From positions 74,090,001 to 74,154,000 of the forward strand of contig OZ360230.1 of assembly GCA_977017645.1 (NCBI GenBank): a stretch of 64,000 bases of DNA, read 5' to 3'. Both the position numbers and the translations under genes were made by a program. A model generated the notes under the pieces. That model was not told the origin of the DNA. It saw only the letters and a list, made by a program, of their open reading frames with translations, and ran no database searches. Below, in pieces: positions 62,623 through 64,000 of this stretch; position 1 is the first letter of the stretch; every line of letters starts with the position of its first letter. Origin of the DNA: Torpedo marmorata (Eukaryota).

Positions 62623-63676
62623 TTGTGAAGCTCTAAGATTCTAAATGATATAGTTTAAAAGCAAGAACATTCTCAAAATATTCCATATGCTTGGGGAAGA
62701 TGATATTAGAGTGAAGGCTGGTGAAAGTTGAAGTGAAATGTATAGAAACATAATTTCACCTCAATAGGACAGGAAAACTCCTGTGATTTTTGTCTGTCTT
62801 TTTTCCAAACTTCAATGAGGCTTTGTTTTCTTCGTCAGGTCCCTCCTTGCATGCAAGGACATAAAAGAGTTGAGAGAAAAGAAGTTGATGCTGAGGAGAG
62901 GGTGATGTTGAGGAAGAGGAAGTTATTCCAGGTCTTTGCTTATAACAATAAACAGAACGACACTGAGAACAAGGCTCTTCGTGAGTCCTAACCAGGTGTA
63001 AGGTCCGGGCCCAATGTCCCTTTGACCCAGTCTATGCATAAATCATGACGGGTCACATATTTGTGCACCATTTCAGTAACGTTTTGATCATGGCCAGATG
63101 GGGATGGGGAGAAAATTTGATAATGTCTTTAAAGGGCTTAAAACATGCAGGGCAAGGATTGTTGAGGAATAGGTTGACAACGTGCCTGTTTCCAGGCAAG
63201 GGTTGACAAAAACCATCACCATGGGTTTGGAGTTGTGGACTTTGAACTAATTGGGAGATTATGCAGGACAATCCCACCTACAGGAACCATTTTGATCAGT
63301 TTTAAAGAATGTAAACCATTTGACAACTGGAATTCTGTCTCTGTAACAACCAGAACATAGTCAGCTCCCTGGTGGCAGTATAGAATAGACATTAGACACT
63401 AATCTTCTTATTGGCTTTTGGACCCGACAGGTCAGGATGAAGGCTTCTATGTCTCAAAGGTTTCAGGATCATATCTGTGCCATTGGGCCAACCTGTCCGT
63501 TAATCATTGGGGACACAGATCAGTGCCCAGTGAAATGCCAAGCAGCATGCTTCTCTTCTCGGTACTAGCATGCAGGGGTTAACATGTGGTGTCCAGATAT
63601 CAGCTTCAAAGTGCAGACAGTTGTGGTTCTCTGCAGCATAAGTGGAGGGACAACTCAATCTCACAAATCCCACAGG

Positions 63677-63900
63677 TGCCACAGTGTTGTGGGTGTTAGT
63701 GCTTCTGCCTCACAGCCCCATCAATCAGGGTTTAATCCTGATCTTGAGTGTGTAAAGATTGTTCATTCTCTTTGTAACCACATGCCCTTCAGTTTCATTC
63801 CACATCCCAAGGTTTGCTGATGGATTAATTGCTACTTAATGGAGATCATTGGAAAAAACAAAGGGGAATTAATGGGCATGGATGAGAGAGAACATGTTGC
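63677..63900 (+). mobile_element. Decayed V-SINE
   Basis: gtgttagtgcttctgcctcacagc head, gggtttaatcc B-box, tccacatcccaag motif. Confidence 0.55.
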
Positions 63901-64000
63901 CAAGAAATGAGGAGAGGGTGAATGGAATTAGTGGGATTGCTTGGTTGGGAGTGGGCAAGACCCCAATGTTATCTATACAAGATAAATAACAGAGTATCCC

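Larger units (their letters stand above)
28744..64000 (+). other. Pax3 intron 4 (long; continues past the window)
   Basis: Begins with GT. No exon 5/homeobox sequence (DEGSD..EPDLPLKRKQRRSRT) was seen. Pax3/7 genes are known to have a very long intron 4. Confidence 0.8.

Noticed and set aside
28744-64000. Pax3 homeobox exons or a nested protein-coding gene
   Set aside because: No homeodomain or other recognisable host protein in the ORF track; short exons of an unknown gene cannot be fully excluded.

Overview
AT-rich vertebrate genomic DNA. The repeats (HE1/V-SINE-type SINEs, CR1, Rex1, L1, Penelope-derived hairpins) point to a cartilaginous fish, probably a shark or ray; this is inferred. 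The only host gene is the 5' part of a Pax3/7-family transcription factor on the + strand, most likely Pax3. Coding exons 1-4 (25292-28743) encode the paired domain and octapeptide. They are followed by >35 kb of intron 4, and the homeobox exons lie beyond the window. Bases 1-21 kb are a nest of transposons: two Gypsy LTR elements, a near-full L1, Rex1, L2, and a young CR1 inside a Chapaev3 DNA transposon. Bases 21.5-36 kb form a CpG-retaining, TE-poor domain around the promoter. Intron 4 carries several enhancer-like blocks, Penelope-derived palindromes with minimal hammerhead-ribozyme motifs, and a degenerate ~31-bp tandem array. Most notable: the normally invariant paired-domain linker has lost one codon and the Q+/Q- tandem splice acceptor is also gone, so the linker has the length of the Q- isoform. 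Read-through into intron 4 also starts with GKRW, as in the truncated human PAX3a isoform.
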